NCBI RefSeq assembly: GCF_004010195.1
Contig: NC_057717.1
Location: 106,706,566-106,770,565 of the forward strand
Reading direction: 5' to 3'
Origin: Chiloscyllium plagiosum
Lineage: Eukaryota
Length of the DNA: 64,000 nucleotides
Below, piece by piece: positions 34,740 to 46,713 of this stretch. A program made the translations under genes and the position numbers. Numbering within the stretch: position 1 is the stretch's first letter; each line of letters opens with the position of its first letter. The notes beneath the pieces are model-generated. The model was not told where the DNA came from. It worked only from the letters and a program-made list of their open reading frames with translations, and ran no database searches.

Positions 34740-35345
34740 AAGATGATGATTGTGGTTGCTGGAAATAAATCACCTCAATCCCAGGACATCACAGTTGGAG
34801 TTCCTCAGGGTAAATATTTGCTAATCAACCTGAGAAATATTGTGACACACATTTGGAGTAGGTGGAACTTGAACAGAAGTTTTCTGGCTCAGAGGCAGGG
34901 ACACTAACACCACATAACAAGAGCACCAATTTTTCAGTGTATTTTTTAACCACTTTTCCTAATCAACCTATTATTGTATGCCTCTGGAGCAGGTGGAACT
35001 TGAATCCTGGCCTTTTAGTCTAGGGGCATGGACATTGCCTCTGCACCACAGGAGGGCCCTCTGAGTTCCTGGGTGCAACCATCTTCAGCTGCTTTATTAA
35101 TGATCTTCCCTTGATCGTTTGGCCAGAAGTGGGAATGTTTGCTATTGACTGCACAATGTTCAGCATCTTTTGCTACTCCTCAGATACTAAAGCAGTCTTC
35201 AATGCAGAAAGCCTGGACAATATCCAGGTTTGATGCTATTGCTGGGTCAAAGCCCTAGAACATCCTCTGTAACAGTTCTGTAGGTATCCCTACAATCCTC
35301 CGATACACTGGGAAGTCAGTGATGCCCATATGCTGTGAACCAATC
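34740..35345 (+). mobile_element. Old CR1/L2-group LINE relic with a SINE dimer inserted
   Basis: GGAGTTCCTCAGGGT (GVPQG) | insertion | ..CAACCATCTTCAGCTGCTTTATTAATGATCTTCCC. Confidence 0.7.
34812..35061 (-). mobile_element. Tandem pair of short tRNA-derived SINEs
   Basis: Two GGTGGAACTTGAA..GGACA(C/T)T..CAC(C)ACA units. Confidence 0.75.
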
Positions 35346-35509
35346 AAACAAAAATTGCCATTTGTTCCATACCTGAAGGGAGAAATTCTGTTGGGTTATG
35401 TGCAAAGCACAGGGAGGGAGAATTGAATTGTATGTTTTCCAAAGACCCTGCACAGGCACAATAGGCTGAAGGTGTCACCCATTTTTCTACAATTCAATAT
35501 TTTCATAAA

Positions 35510-35635
35510 GGAGAAAGTGAGGTCTGCAGACGCTGGAGATCAAAGCTGAAACTTTATTGCTGGAACAGCACAGCAGGTCAGGCAGCATCTAGGGAACAGA
35601 AGATTCGACGTTTCGGGCACATGCCCTTCTTCAGG
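35510..35635 (-). mobile_element. 126-bp Penelope-derived retroposed unit with 14-bp TSD
   Basis: TSD AATATTTTCATAAA at 35496-35509 and 35636-35649; body homologous to 117-243. Confidence 0.88.
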
Positions 35636-35638
35636 AAT
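35603..35638 (-). ncRNA. Minimal hammerhead ribozyme motif (best-preserved copy)
   Basis: Minus strand: ATTC-CTGAAGA-A-GGGC-ATGT-GCCC-GAAA-C-GTC-GAAT; stem I ATTC/GAAT is perfectly paired. Confidence 0.78.
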
Positions 35639-36193
35639 ATTTTCATAAAACCTAGAGGTTGGAACAGGAATCTTAATCTAACAGATGACAAGAAAAGAGA
35701 GAAAAGGCAGGAAAATGGAGTTGAGGATTATCTGATCAGCCAAGCTCTCATTGAATAGAGGAGGAGCAGACTCGATGGGCCAAATGGCCAACTCCTGCTC
35801 CTATGTCTTATGGTCTTAATATCATCTTAGGACATACAGGTTATAACACATGGACACTAGTGTGTCATGGTTGATGCACTGGCAATATCTTGTACTTAAT
35901 TTCTGGCTCTTTGTGCTAATCCCTGTAAACAGGGCACTGAGTCCCAGGAACTACTACAGAGCCAGGGGCATGGCAATCAGCGAGGGAGTGATGATGCCAT
36001 TCTGACTGCTTCATAGAGATAGGGGGAGTGGGAAGGGAGGGAGTGAGATGACAGTCATGTAGACGAGGGCTGGATTGGAGGAAGAAAGGGAAGATGGAGG
36101 CTGTATTGTGGAGGGGTAAGGTTTAGATAATGGAAGAGTGGAGCAGGACATCTGGAATCAGTGTCAAATCCACTGGAAAAGACAGTGACAACC

Positions 36194-36322
36194 TAGGAGA
36201 AAATGAGGACTGCAGATGCTGGAGATCAGAGTCAAAAAGTGTGATGCTGGAAAAGTACTGCCAGTCAGGCGGCAGCTGAGGAGCAGGACAGTCGACGTTT
36301 CAAGCATAAGCCCTTCATCAGG
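36194..36322 (-). mobile_element. ~127-bp Penelope-derived retroposed unit with TSD
   Basis: Direct repeat AGTGACAAC at 36184-36192 and 36323-36331; minus strand begins CCTGATGAAGGGCTTATGCTTGAAACGTCGAC. Confidence 0.82.
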
Positions 36323-36419
36323 AGTGACAACTTGTCCAGCAGGTGAGAAAATATTGAAACTTCTTTCAAAAGGGAATAAAAGAAAGAATTTGCTCAACCA
36401 CAAGATAACCAAAGTGTGT

Positions 36420-36745
36420 TACAGTCAATGAAATCCTTGTGAAATGAAGTTGTCAAAAAATATCAGCAGCCATTTGCCCACAGCAAGCTCCCATAAGCAG
36501 TAATGTGATAATGACCAGATCATCTGTTTTTGTGGATAAGGGATAAAGTTTGGCTAGGAGCCTAGAGCGAACTCTAGTACCCCTTCTTTGAAATAATGTT
36601 GGAAAGGGCAGAAAGGGCTTCAGTTTAACATCTCATCCAGCACTCCTTGTGCACTGAGTATGTTAGGCCGCAGTAGATGCTCAATTCTCTGGAGTGGAAC
36701 CTGCCAAGCCAAAACCTCCTGAGTTCAGAGTCAATGCTGACACAC
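36420..36745 (-). mobile_element. Deu-domain SINE
   Basis: CACAGCAAGCTCCCA..AATGTGATAATGACCAGAT..GTTTAACATCTCATCC..CAGCACTCC. Confidence 0.7.
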
Positions 36746-37404
36746 GAGAAGGATAAATACTCAGAGAGGAGAGATTATCAAGGTGCCAGTGATAATATAA
36801 GTTTTTCAAAAAGCTAGCACAGACTCCATGACCTTATTCTGTGCTGTCAAATTCAATGTGAATTCCTCAGAGCTCGTAAATTTAGATATCAGTGTGAAAA
36901 AGTCTTTTAAAAAGTATTTGTGTTCAGGATGTGGGTAATTTTTGCAAGACCACACATGTCAGATTATTCGTCTGACGAAGTGGTTATTTGAGGTGCAGGG
37001 ACATGTTGTGGTGATGGGGAGATGTATCAGCTCAAGATGAATAGGGACAGCTTCTGCAGCCTGAAATACATTTGAGCATTAAATGAGTTATAACAACAAT
37101 CTTGCAGTGATTTTACTTGAGTGATATAAGGATACCGAGTGATGGTTAGACAGCACACACAGACAGACTGGCACTCACATGAAGGGACACATATACATAA
37201 ACATATACAGAGACACACATCAATACACAGACAGACAGATACCCACACAATCAAGAGAAGTAGAATGGTCCTCTTGAGATCTACATGAATGAAGCAGCAA
37301 CATGAGGTCAACTCCCAGTTGGAGAATTTAATGAAAAAACTAGAATAAAAAGCTATTGTCAGAGACCATAGGCCAACTGGATCATTCCAAAACTGTGCTG
37401 GACA

Positions 37405-37575
37405 GGTTCAGTAATGTCCTTTAGGAATGAAATCTGCCTTCCTTACCTGGTCTGGACTACATGCGACTCCAGACCCACAGCAATGTGGCTGCCTCTTAAC
37501 TCCCCCCTGAGCCATAGGAATGGGTACTAAATGCAAGTCAGCAATGACCATCTCCCATGAATGCATGAAAAGAAA
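37405..37575 (+). mobile_element. SINE/LINE 3' fragment
   Basis: GAAATCTGCC..CCTGGTCTGG..CCAGACCCACAGCAATGTGG..CCCATGAATG tail. Confidence 0.6.
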
Positions 37576-38239
37576 AAATATTGTCACAGCCAGACGTATA
37601 CATACAGAGGTGGACAGATAGAAAGAGGGAGTCGGATACAATGTAATCAGAATGTCCCATCTTCTCCAGTTAACCTGTAGAGTTCCTGAGTAATGAAATT
37701 AATGCAATTTGACAACATCACTGTGCTTTAGGTCTGTCCTCACTGGACACTGGTCTAAATCCAAGAAAATTCCACTCATGTTGTAGCCAACAGTTGAATA
37801 CTAGAGAAATTACATCCTCCAGATGACTGACACCTTACCGATACATCCAAAACAACAGATGCTATATTGATGACATTTCAGAACCTTACGTGCCCTTTGC
37901 CAGGTGTGAAGGCTATGTGGAATAAAAGATCAAAATGTCCTTTTCTATTCAATCTTCAAAACATTTTGTGATTTGAATCCGGAAATTGAACTTTTGATTA
38001 TAAGCTTGTTATCTCTGTTCATCGTGAGTGGAGACTCATTCTGAGATCTAACTGAGCAGTACATACAGACAGGAAACAAGATGCAGGTGTAAAGAGGATC
38101 AATGAGATCTGATTTTTAAAAAGGCAACAACCTGCACGTACAGAAAACTGAACAGATGATTAGTCTCGACCACAACTCCTATGCACTAGGTATCACTCCA
38201 ACCAAGTACACATTGCCATTATATTATTTATTTCACCAA

Positions 38240-38340
38240 CCTGTTTGAGTATGTTATGACATAACTCTGGGGTGAATGGGTCTTGAGAGCATATCTTCTG
38301 CCCAGAGGCTCAGACATTAGTACTGTACAACAAAACCCCC
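38240..38340 (-). mobile_element. Decayed short tRNA-derived SINE
   Basis: AACCTGTTTGAG..TGTTATGACA..CTCTGG..CTTGA pattern as in 13455-13560. Confidence 0.5.
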
Positions 38341-38434
38341 ACATTGCCCGTTATATCAGGGTTCAGGGTCACTGATTAACCAGTAAGTGAGTGACTTACT
38401 CGGGATACTTTGCTGAATGCTAAGAGCCTGGTGT

Positions 38435-40298
38435 GGGGGCCCAAACATTTTAGACCACTGCTACACCACTGTGAAAGATGCCTACCACTCCATCCCCCAC
38501 CCTCATTTTGGGAACTCCGACCACAATGCCGTGTTTCTTCTCCCAGCTTACAGGTAAAAGCTCAAGCAGGAGACCCCCTCGCGGATACAGGTCCAGTGCT
38601 GGTCGGAGGAGGCAGAGTATCAACTCCGGTGCTATCTGGAATCGGCTGATTGGGGCATGTTCAAACAGGCCGCAGGTACCTTGGACGAGTACGCTACCAC
38701 TGTCACAGACTTTATCAGCAAGTGTGTGGAGGATTGCATACCGAGGAAATCAATCTGGGTGCTCCCCAACAGGAAGTCCTGGATGAATCAGGACAGACAG
38801 AACCTGCTAAAAACCAGGCGTGAGGCCTTCAGATCAGGAGCCCCACTCAAATATAAGGAATCCAAGTGTGACCTTCGCAGAGCCATTAAGACAGCTAAGG
38901 ACCAATACCAATCCAAACTAGAGACCCAGACAGGCACCTGGCGACTATGGCAAGGACTGAATGACATCACAGGCTCTAAAAAGAGACAGTTCAAGATAGC
39001 AGATGATGACACATCCCTCCCAGATTGTCTCATGGCCTTCTATGCTCACTATGAGCAGAATTTCGGCGGAGAGGTAACACCTATTTTGACAAGTCCTGAT
39101 GAACCAATCCCAACAGTCACTGCATCAGAGGTCAGATCAGTTTTCCTTCATGTGAATCCAAGAAAAGCGATGGGACTAGACAGAGTACCAGGCCATGCAC
39201 TCAGAGCATGCACAGATCAACTGGCAGAGGTCTTCTCGGACATCTTCAACCTCTCCCTGCAGCAAGCCACTGTCTCTGCCTGTTTCAAGAGGCCAACATC
39301 ATCCCTGTGCCTAAGAAGGCTCATGCAACATGTCGCAATGACTACCGCCCAGTGGCCCTAACTTCGGTGGTTATGAAGTGCTTTGAAAGGCTAGTCATGG
39401 CAGTAATCAACTCCAGCCTCCCCACTACTCTTGACCCACTCCAATTTGCCTATCGGATCAACAGATCCATGTCAGATGCCATATCACTTGCCCTTCATTC
39501 CTCCCAAGAACATCTTGACATCAAGAACAGCTACGTAAGAATTCTACTCATTGACTACAGTGCAACCTTCAACACTATTATCCCCTTGAGACTGATTATT
39601 AGACTTAATGATCTCAGACTGAGCCCCACTCTCTGCAACTGGATCGTCAGTTTCTTGACCCACAGGCCACAATCAGTGAGGCTTGGGACAATATTTCATC
39701 CTCACTAACACTCAACACTGGAGCCCCCCAAGGGTGTGTACTCATCCCCTACTGTACTCACTGTATACCCATGACTGTGTCGCCAAATACCAGACTAATG
39801 CCATTTACAAGTTGACTAATGACACCACCATAGTCGGTCGAATCTCAGATGGCGACGAAACAGATTACAGAAGGTAGGTGGAAGATCTGGAAAAATGCTG
39901 CATTGAGAACAACCTCGCTCTCAATGCCGGCAAAACCAAGGAACTCATTATTGACTTTCAGCAGGATGTTACTCACACACCCCTACACATTAACAGCACA
40001 GAGGTGGAATGAGTGGAGAGTGTCAAGCTTCTGGGAGTGGGCATCCAAAACAAGCTTTCTTGGACTCTTCATGTGGACACACTGCTTACAAAGGCCCAAC
40101 AACATCTCTTCTTCCTCAGGCAGCTGAGGAAATTTGGCATGATGGTGAAAATCCTTGCCAACTTTTATAAGTGCACCATCGAGAGCATTCTGTCTGGATG
40201 TATCACTACCTGGTATGGTAACTGTACCATTAAGATCAGAGACAATTACAGAGAGTGGTGAACTCGGCCCGGACAATCACAAAGGCCAACCTCCTATC
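38435..40298 (+). mobile_element. Rex1/Babar non-LTR retrotransposon (EN end + RT), 3'-truncated
   Basis: [59 protein letters not shown]; frameshifted. Confidence 0.92.
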
Positions 40299-40357
40299 TG
40301 TCCTGATAAAGCCAAACATCAGAAACCTCACTGCACGGGATCACACTTGTTTAAAGG

Positions 40358-40371
40358 GTGCCACCTGGTGG
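40358..40371 (-). promoter_or_regulatory. Candidate CTCF site
   Basis: Minus strand CCACCAGGTGGCAC fits the CTCF core CCASYAGRKGGCR. Confidence 0.45.
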
Positions 40372-40949
40372 ATTTAAATTCACAATGTCACAGCTCTTCT
40401 CATTTTAAACTATTAGTATCTGTAACTCTTGTCGAATAGAGATGAAGGTGTTACATAAACTTAATTCTGTTATTTGCAGATGGAATTAACCACCATCTTG
40501 TGGTAATGCTTTGGGCTTTGAGTGATCTCTGCTGAGGGAGATCATGACCGTCCAGGTGACCAGCATGCAATATTTAATACCCTGGTCAGGGAGATTGTTT
40601 GGACCGATTGGTCAGAATATTGCCCTTTCGTGTCTGATAATTCAGCTCTAATCAAGCTCCAAGTGATGGCTGTAAGGTTCATGCTGACAATGAGAGGTGA
40701 GCGATCTCAATCTTATTCCTACTGGGGCAGAAGCTAATAGCTCCTAACAGAAATACTGCTCATGAAGAGTGTGTTCCCTTGTATATTTTGTAGGTTTTGT
40801 AATTATTTACAAAAGCAAGACTAATAATGAAATAGGAATTAGTTGCTACTCTGAATCATGTTCAAACACTACTCCAAAGATGTTGGCTAAGATTTAAGCT
40901 CAAGATAAGGGAAACTGGTTTTGATTGAGACTACCTGGGTCTCTGACCA

Positions 40950-41057
40950 TTGTGAAAGATAGCATGGCCCTAATTTTGAAGTGGGGGAAGTTCTCAAAGT
41001 TCCCTGACAATATTCATATTTCAATTAGCAAATGTCACTAAAGACAGATAGTCAGCA
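40950..41057 (+). mobile_element. Deu-domain SINE fragment
   Basis: AAAGATAGCATGGC..GAAG..GGGGAAGTTCTC..CCTGACAATATT..CACTAAAGACAGAT. Confidence 0.5.
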
Positions 41058-41479
41058 AAATTGGCCTCCTTTTGTGACAGGAGCATGGACTCTTGAAAAT
41101 GGCAGTGGATCCAACTTGACTAAGACCCATGTACTTCAGCATGCTTGCACCTGGATGCTCTTCATACACTTAAAGTATGCAGAAGGGCCAGATTGTGATA
41201 TCATAAATATACGTTATCTAATACTGAGTCAGGACCCAAAACCGCTCTTTTGGAATCATGAGTTATGTTAATTAACAAAACCATTGAAAACATTATTGAG
41301 ATGTTGCCTGTCACAAATACATGGCTGCTGAAAGAGACCCATTCAAATGCTATTTCTTGCAAAAGTAGGCATTTTCAACTTCTTTTTTAACTTATTTTAC
41401 CTCTAGCAAATACAATGAGTGACCATGGGACTCATATTATGCCTGGGAGTTTGAGAAACATTTCTTGTTCCATTCCTGC

Positions 41480-41985
41480 TTCTCCCATAACCTTTTCTTC
41501 AGTACGTCAATGACTGTATCACTGCTGCTTCCTGCTCTTGTCTGAAAAGAAAAAAATGATCAATTTTGCTTCCAACTTCTCTCACTTTCAGCTGATCCAT
41601 GTCTGACTCATCCGACCCTTCCTTGACTTCTGTCTCCATTTCCAGGGAAAGGCTATCCACTAATAACCTGTTACAAACCTACTGACTCCCAAAACCAGCT
41701 CAGCTCCACTTCCTCGCATCCTGTCTCCTGTTGGCATTCCATTCTTTCTTTCAGTTTCTCTGTCTCTGTTCTCCTGTTCTAATGATACCACCTTCAGTTG
41801 CAGTGCTTCTGACATGTTCTTCTTTAACTGCAGATTCACCCCCATTATGGTGGATTGGGCCTTCAGCTGTGACTGGTCTATTTCCCACACTTCTGGCCGC
41901 ACTATTTTTCTTCCTTCATAGAACCAGGACCAGGTTCCCTCACGCCCCACTTCATCATACTCCACATTGATCTTCAGCCATTTCC
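41480..41985 (+). mobile_element. Decayed Penelope-like RT fragment (family A relative)
   Basis: CGTCAATGACTGTATC..TTCCTTGAC..ACAAACCTACTGACTCCCA (YxDD..FLD..YKPTDS-like). Confidence 0.55.
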
Positions 41986-41989
41986 ATTT

Positions 41990-42540
41990 AAGGAGTTTAT
42001 GTCCAGTTACACAGGGTATTGGTGACACCACATCTGAATTATAGCATTGGTCACCTTATTTATAGAAAGATTTAAATGCATTGGAAGCAGTTCAGAAAAT
42101 TAGATTAATATTTGGAATGGGTTAGTTGACTTATGAGGCCAAATCAGACAGGCTGAGTTTATATCAACTATAATTTAGAGTAAGATGCAACTTGATTGAG
42201 ATGCAAAAATCCTGAGTGATCCTGTCAGGATGGATGTAGAGTGGATATTTCCTCCTGTGGCTTGCCCATTTAAGGCAGAAATGAGCAGAATCTTCTTACT
42301 CAGAGAGCTGTGAGTCCTTGGATCTGTTTTCCTGAAAAGAGGATGGAATCAGATTTCTTGAATATTTTTAATTCAAAAGTGAAAAGATTCTTGTTAAGCA
42401 AAGGGCAGCGGGAGGTTATTGGTAATAGTCAGGAATGTCGAGATGAGGTTACAATCGGACAGCCATGATCATATTCAGTGGCAGAGCAGGCTGAAGTCAC
42501 ATAAAACAGCTAACGCATTCTGCTACTAACCCATATGTTT
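41990..42540 (+). mobile_element. Decayed CR1 3' fragment
   Basis: GCATTGGAAGCAGTTCAGA..CTTATGAGG..CAGCCATGATCATATTCAGTGGCAGAGCAGGCT. Confidence 0.65.
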
Positions 42541-42619
42541 GTATATAGAAATTGGAGGAAAGGGAGATAAGAGGCCCTTCTGGTTGATGCTGCAGTTACA
42601 GAGATGGGGCTGGATACTG

Positions 42620-43042
42620 TGGCAGAAGGACATTACAGAGCTAGGGAGGGCTCTTAAGCCAGAAGTTATAAAGACAGAGAGGGCTGTAAGAGGTTTCGAG
42701 GTAGGAAGGGTGGTTGGAGAAGGAGGAGGTTCAGAGATGGAGAGGGTTGTAACACTTGGAGGAGATTACACTGATAGGGAGGGATGTAGAAACTTTAGGA
42801 AGTTTCAGAGATAGGGATGAGTGCAGTGGAGGGTTGTTGGGGCTAGAGGTGTTTAGAAATATAGGGAGGTTACAGAGATGGGGTGGGTTTTAGGGACTTA
42901 GAGGAGTTTATGGACAGGGAAGGATATAGAGACTGGAGGTGTTTATAGAGCTAGGGAGATATGTAGGGGCCAGAGGAGGTTACAGACCTAGGGAGCCGTG
43001 TGGTGGCTGGAGGTGTTTACAGACCTCCAGAGGAGGTTATAC
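42620..43042. repeat. Degenerate purine-rich tandem repeat (GGAGGTTACAGAGATAGGGA-like)
   Basis: More than 10 imperfect units. Confidence 0.75.
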
Positions 43043-43291
43043 ATATGTGAGCAGCAGTGGGTCATGTATTTTGTGGACTTTGCTCCTGCTGTTCAATGAC
43101 AACTCCACTTTCTCAGAAAATCCCCTCAGTGGTTATCTGAGAGACCAATAGAGTGTCTGCCGAAAGACAATTTTCACTGTTGAGGGGATCTGCTCGGTAT
43201 GGGAGAAGGGGAGGATCCTGAGGAATGCTAATTCATTGCTAAATAGCAATGCTTGGAATGGTTCAGACACATTCATGACTGCAATTTTTGT

Positions 43292-44614
43292 GAAGATTTG
43301 TAGCTCAAGTTGTGGTTCAGGTTGTAAGTTTCCTCACAGAGCTGGAAGATTTGTTCTCAGACGTTTTCCTCACCATGCTAGGTAACATCAGTGAGCCTCC
43401 AGTGAAGCACTGGTGTTCTGTCCCGTTTTCATCACCATGCTAGGTAACATCAGTCAGCCTCCAGTGAAGCACTGGTGTTCTGTCCCATTTTCTATTTATG
43501 TGTCTGGGTCTGTTGTGGTGGTTGATATCACTTCTGGTTCTTTTTCTCAGAGGTTGGTAAATGGATTGCGGTTTGAATGCCAGGCCTCTAGGAATTCCCA
43601 AGCGTGTCTCTCTTTGGCCTGTCCCAGGATGAATGTATTTTCCTAGTCAAACTGGTGTCCCTCATTGTCTGTGTGTAAGGATACTAGTGATAGTTGGTCG
43701 TGTCTTTTGGTAGCTAGTTGGTGCTCATGTTTCCTGGTGGCTAGTTTCCTGCCAGTCTGTCCAATGTAATGTTTGTTGCAGTCCTTGTAGGGTATTTTGT
43801 ATATGACATTCGTTCTGCTGGTTGTTGGTAAGGGTCCTTTTAATTCATCAAGAGCTTTTTCAATGTATTGGAAGGTTTGTGGGCTACTGCGATGCTAAGG
43901 GGTCGGAGTAGTCTGTTGTTATTTCCAAGATGTCTTTAATGTATAGTAGTGTGGCTAGAGTCTCTGGACACGTTGTGTCTTCTTCTTTAGGTTTGTTGTG
44001 GAGGAATCAACAGACTGTGCTTACTGGCTACCCGTTGTTCTTGAATACATTGTATAGGTGGTTTTCTTTGGCGTTTCGTAGCTCTTGGGTGCTGCAGTAT
44101 GTTGTGGCTCATTTAAATAATGTCCTGATGCAGCTCTGTTTGTGGGTGTTGGGGTGATTGCTCCTGTGGTGGAGTATTTGGTCTGGTTTCAGCTCTCCAT
44201 TGGCTTTTTGTTCTAACGTGCCATCTCGGAAGGGGAGTCTGTTGTTGTTCGCTTCCTCTTTGGTGAACTTTATTCCATTAAGGAGGTTGTTTATGTGTTT
44301 GTGGGTTTCTTCTAATTAGTTCTGTGGACCCAAAGTTTGGGCTGGATCGTGGGGATGACTGTTTGTTCCAACCTCTGCATAAATGCTTCTGCCAAGAATC
44401 CTGATATTGGTGATCCCATGGATGTCCCATTGTCGGTCTTGTTGTTGAAGGCGAAGTGGGTTTTAAGGCACAGGTCTACTAGTTTGAGGATGCTGTCCTT
44501 GCTGATGTAGTTGGTGTTGTCAGGTGTTTGTGTCCTTGGCTCATCTAGTAGTGCAGCCAGTGTTTTTTTGGCCAGGGTGATGTTTATTGATGTGAATAGG
44601 GCTGTCACATCGAA
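43292..44614 (-). mobile_element. Penelope-like element family C, 3' part (RT C-term, GIY-YIG, terminus)
   Basis: FDVTALFTSI..GTSMGSPISGFLAE; reverse complement of 43740-43810 gives NVIYKIP..YIGQTGRKL. Confidence 0.88.
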
Positions 44615-45853
44615 CAAAAATTCCAGGAATGGACAATTATGCTAGAACAAACCATCAACACTAAACAATAACTGACCAAGACAAAGAAAAGACTAACCCT
44701 ACAAGAAAAACTGGACAAGCTCACACACAGCAATAATACAGACAATTCAGAAGCTTGGATAAAGAACCTGTTAGACCAACCACTCACAGACACGGAGAAA
44801 GCTGTCCTAGTACGAGGGATGAACTTCAACCACAGGAATGTGAACAAAAAGGACTTCCTAGCAACACTGGAATTAACCCTGAAAGACAACGGACGTACTG
44901 AAGAAACCCAGCAGGCCATCAGACAGACAGTAGAATCAGTAGTGTGGAAACAGGTCCTTCGACCCAACAAGTCCACACTGACGCTCTGAAGAGTAATCCA
45001 TCCAGACGCATTCTCCCATCCTATATTTACTCCTGACTAATGTACCTAACCTTCACATCCTGAACACAAAGGGGAATTTAGCATAGCCAATTCACCCGAC
45101 CTGCACATCTTAGGACCATGGGAGGAAACCGGAGCACCCGGAAGAAACCCACACAAGACACGGGGGAATGTGCAAACTCCACACAGACAGTTGCCTGAGG
45201 CTGGAATTGAACCCGGGTACATGACGCTTTAAGGCAGCAGTGCTAACCACTGAGCCACTGTGCTACCCCTTTCTGCTTAGTAGCACCAACAACAAGCAGA
45301 AAGAAAGAAGGGAACACCCTCAACACACTGCAAAGGATATCACTGGAAGGGCTCAGAAAAGACAGAAATATTGTAATCCTACTGGAAGACAAAGGACGCA
45401 TGACCGTCATCCTGAACAGAACACAATACATTGAAAAAGCAAACACACTACTCGCAGATACTGACACCTACTAAAAGGTGGCGATGGACCCGACTCCACA
45501 AACCAAGAAAACCATATTACAGTGACATTGAAGACATCCACAAGACAGGTGAAAGTAACAAGACAGACCTCCAAAGAATGAAACCTAAAGGATCTAACAA
45601 ACCCCGTTTCTATGGGTTACCAAAGATACACAAACCAAGGGCCTCCCTCAGACCTATAGTCTCACTCCCCAGCACACCGTCAGACAGATTAGCCAAGGAA
45701 CTTCACCGTAAACTGAAACACCGAGTAGAAGACTCACGTCACTCAATCTACTCCACCCAGAATTCTTTCACATCATCAAAAACAACAAAACAGAGGACAA
45801 CAAGGTCATGGTTTCCTTCAACATGACAGCCCTATTCACATCAATAAACCTCA
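44615..45853 (+). mobile_element. Penelope-like element family C, inverted 5' part
   Basis: PRFYGLPKIHKPRASLRPIVS; ends MVSFNMTALFTSIN. Confidence 0.88.
44933..45268 (-). mobile_element. HE1-like SINE inserted in Penelope
   Basis: GGCAGCAGTGCTAACCACTGAGCCACTGTG head on minus. Confidence 0.85.
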
Positions 45854-46576
45854 ATAGTCTGCACCTACCTCATTGAACTGAATTGTTCCTATCTTGGGTC
45901 CATTTCCCCCCCCGGTCCAGTCCTTTTATGGAAATAAATTGTGACAGACTGGAGTGAGGATATTCTGAATGCACTAAGAGCCATTTGAAATAAAGTTAAA
46001 CAGATTACAATGTGATGTACCAATAATTACTGGTTACATGCCGAAATGTCCAGATGTTCTTGAATGCAGGAATGTCAGGGCACATTTGAAGTGATCAAAA
46101 AGGCAACAGGTCCTTCAGTAAAGAGAACAGTTCCATTGAAAACAAAGACAGGGAGATCATCACTGATTGCAACAAACAGTTGAAGAGACATATGCAACAC
46201 TACCTTGATTTGTAGTTTAGGGAGAATCGCCAGGGAAGCTCTAGGCACTATAGAAAGCCTACCTGTCATGGCTATATATTAAGTCCACGGTGGAGGAGCT
46301 CTTGGCAAGTGCAGGTCACCAACTCAGAGGTCCTGGGGATTGCTAATTCTATCAACAGAGATTCATTGCTAAGTAGCAATGCTTGTAGAGGCTCAGACAC
46401 ATTTATGACTACTGTTTACCCAAAGAGCTGCTGTACAATGAATTGGTCAATAAAGTCATGATGTCCTGGATGTCCATACCTCAGGACAAGAACACCTGCA
46501 AGCTATAAGCCATAGACTAAGAGAAAGTCCTGACAGCTGTGACCTCTGGAGGCTCTCTGTTTGGAAGGGCATTGAA

Positions 46577-46713
46577 AGAGTTGAAAAGTGTGGCACTGGA
46601 AAAGCACAGCAGGTCAGGCAGCATCCGAGAAGCAAGAGAGTTGACATTTTGGGCATAAGCCCTTCATCAGGATTACTCTGACTCTCCAGCATCTGCAGTC
46701 CTCACTTTCTCTC
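46577..46713. mobile_element. Internally inverted short Penelope-derived unit (family A)
   Basis: Minus segment ends at the hammerhead core (..CCCTTCATCAGG, 46672), then a plus-strand tail CTCCAGCATCTGCAGTCCTCACTTTCTC. Confidence 0.75.
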
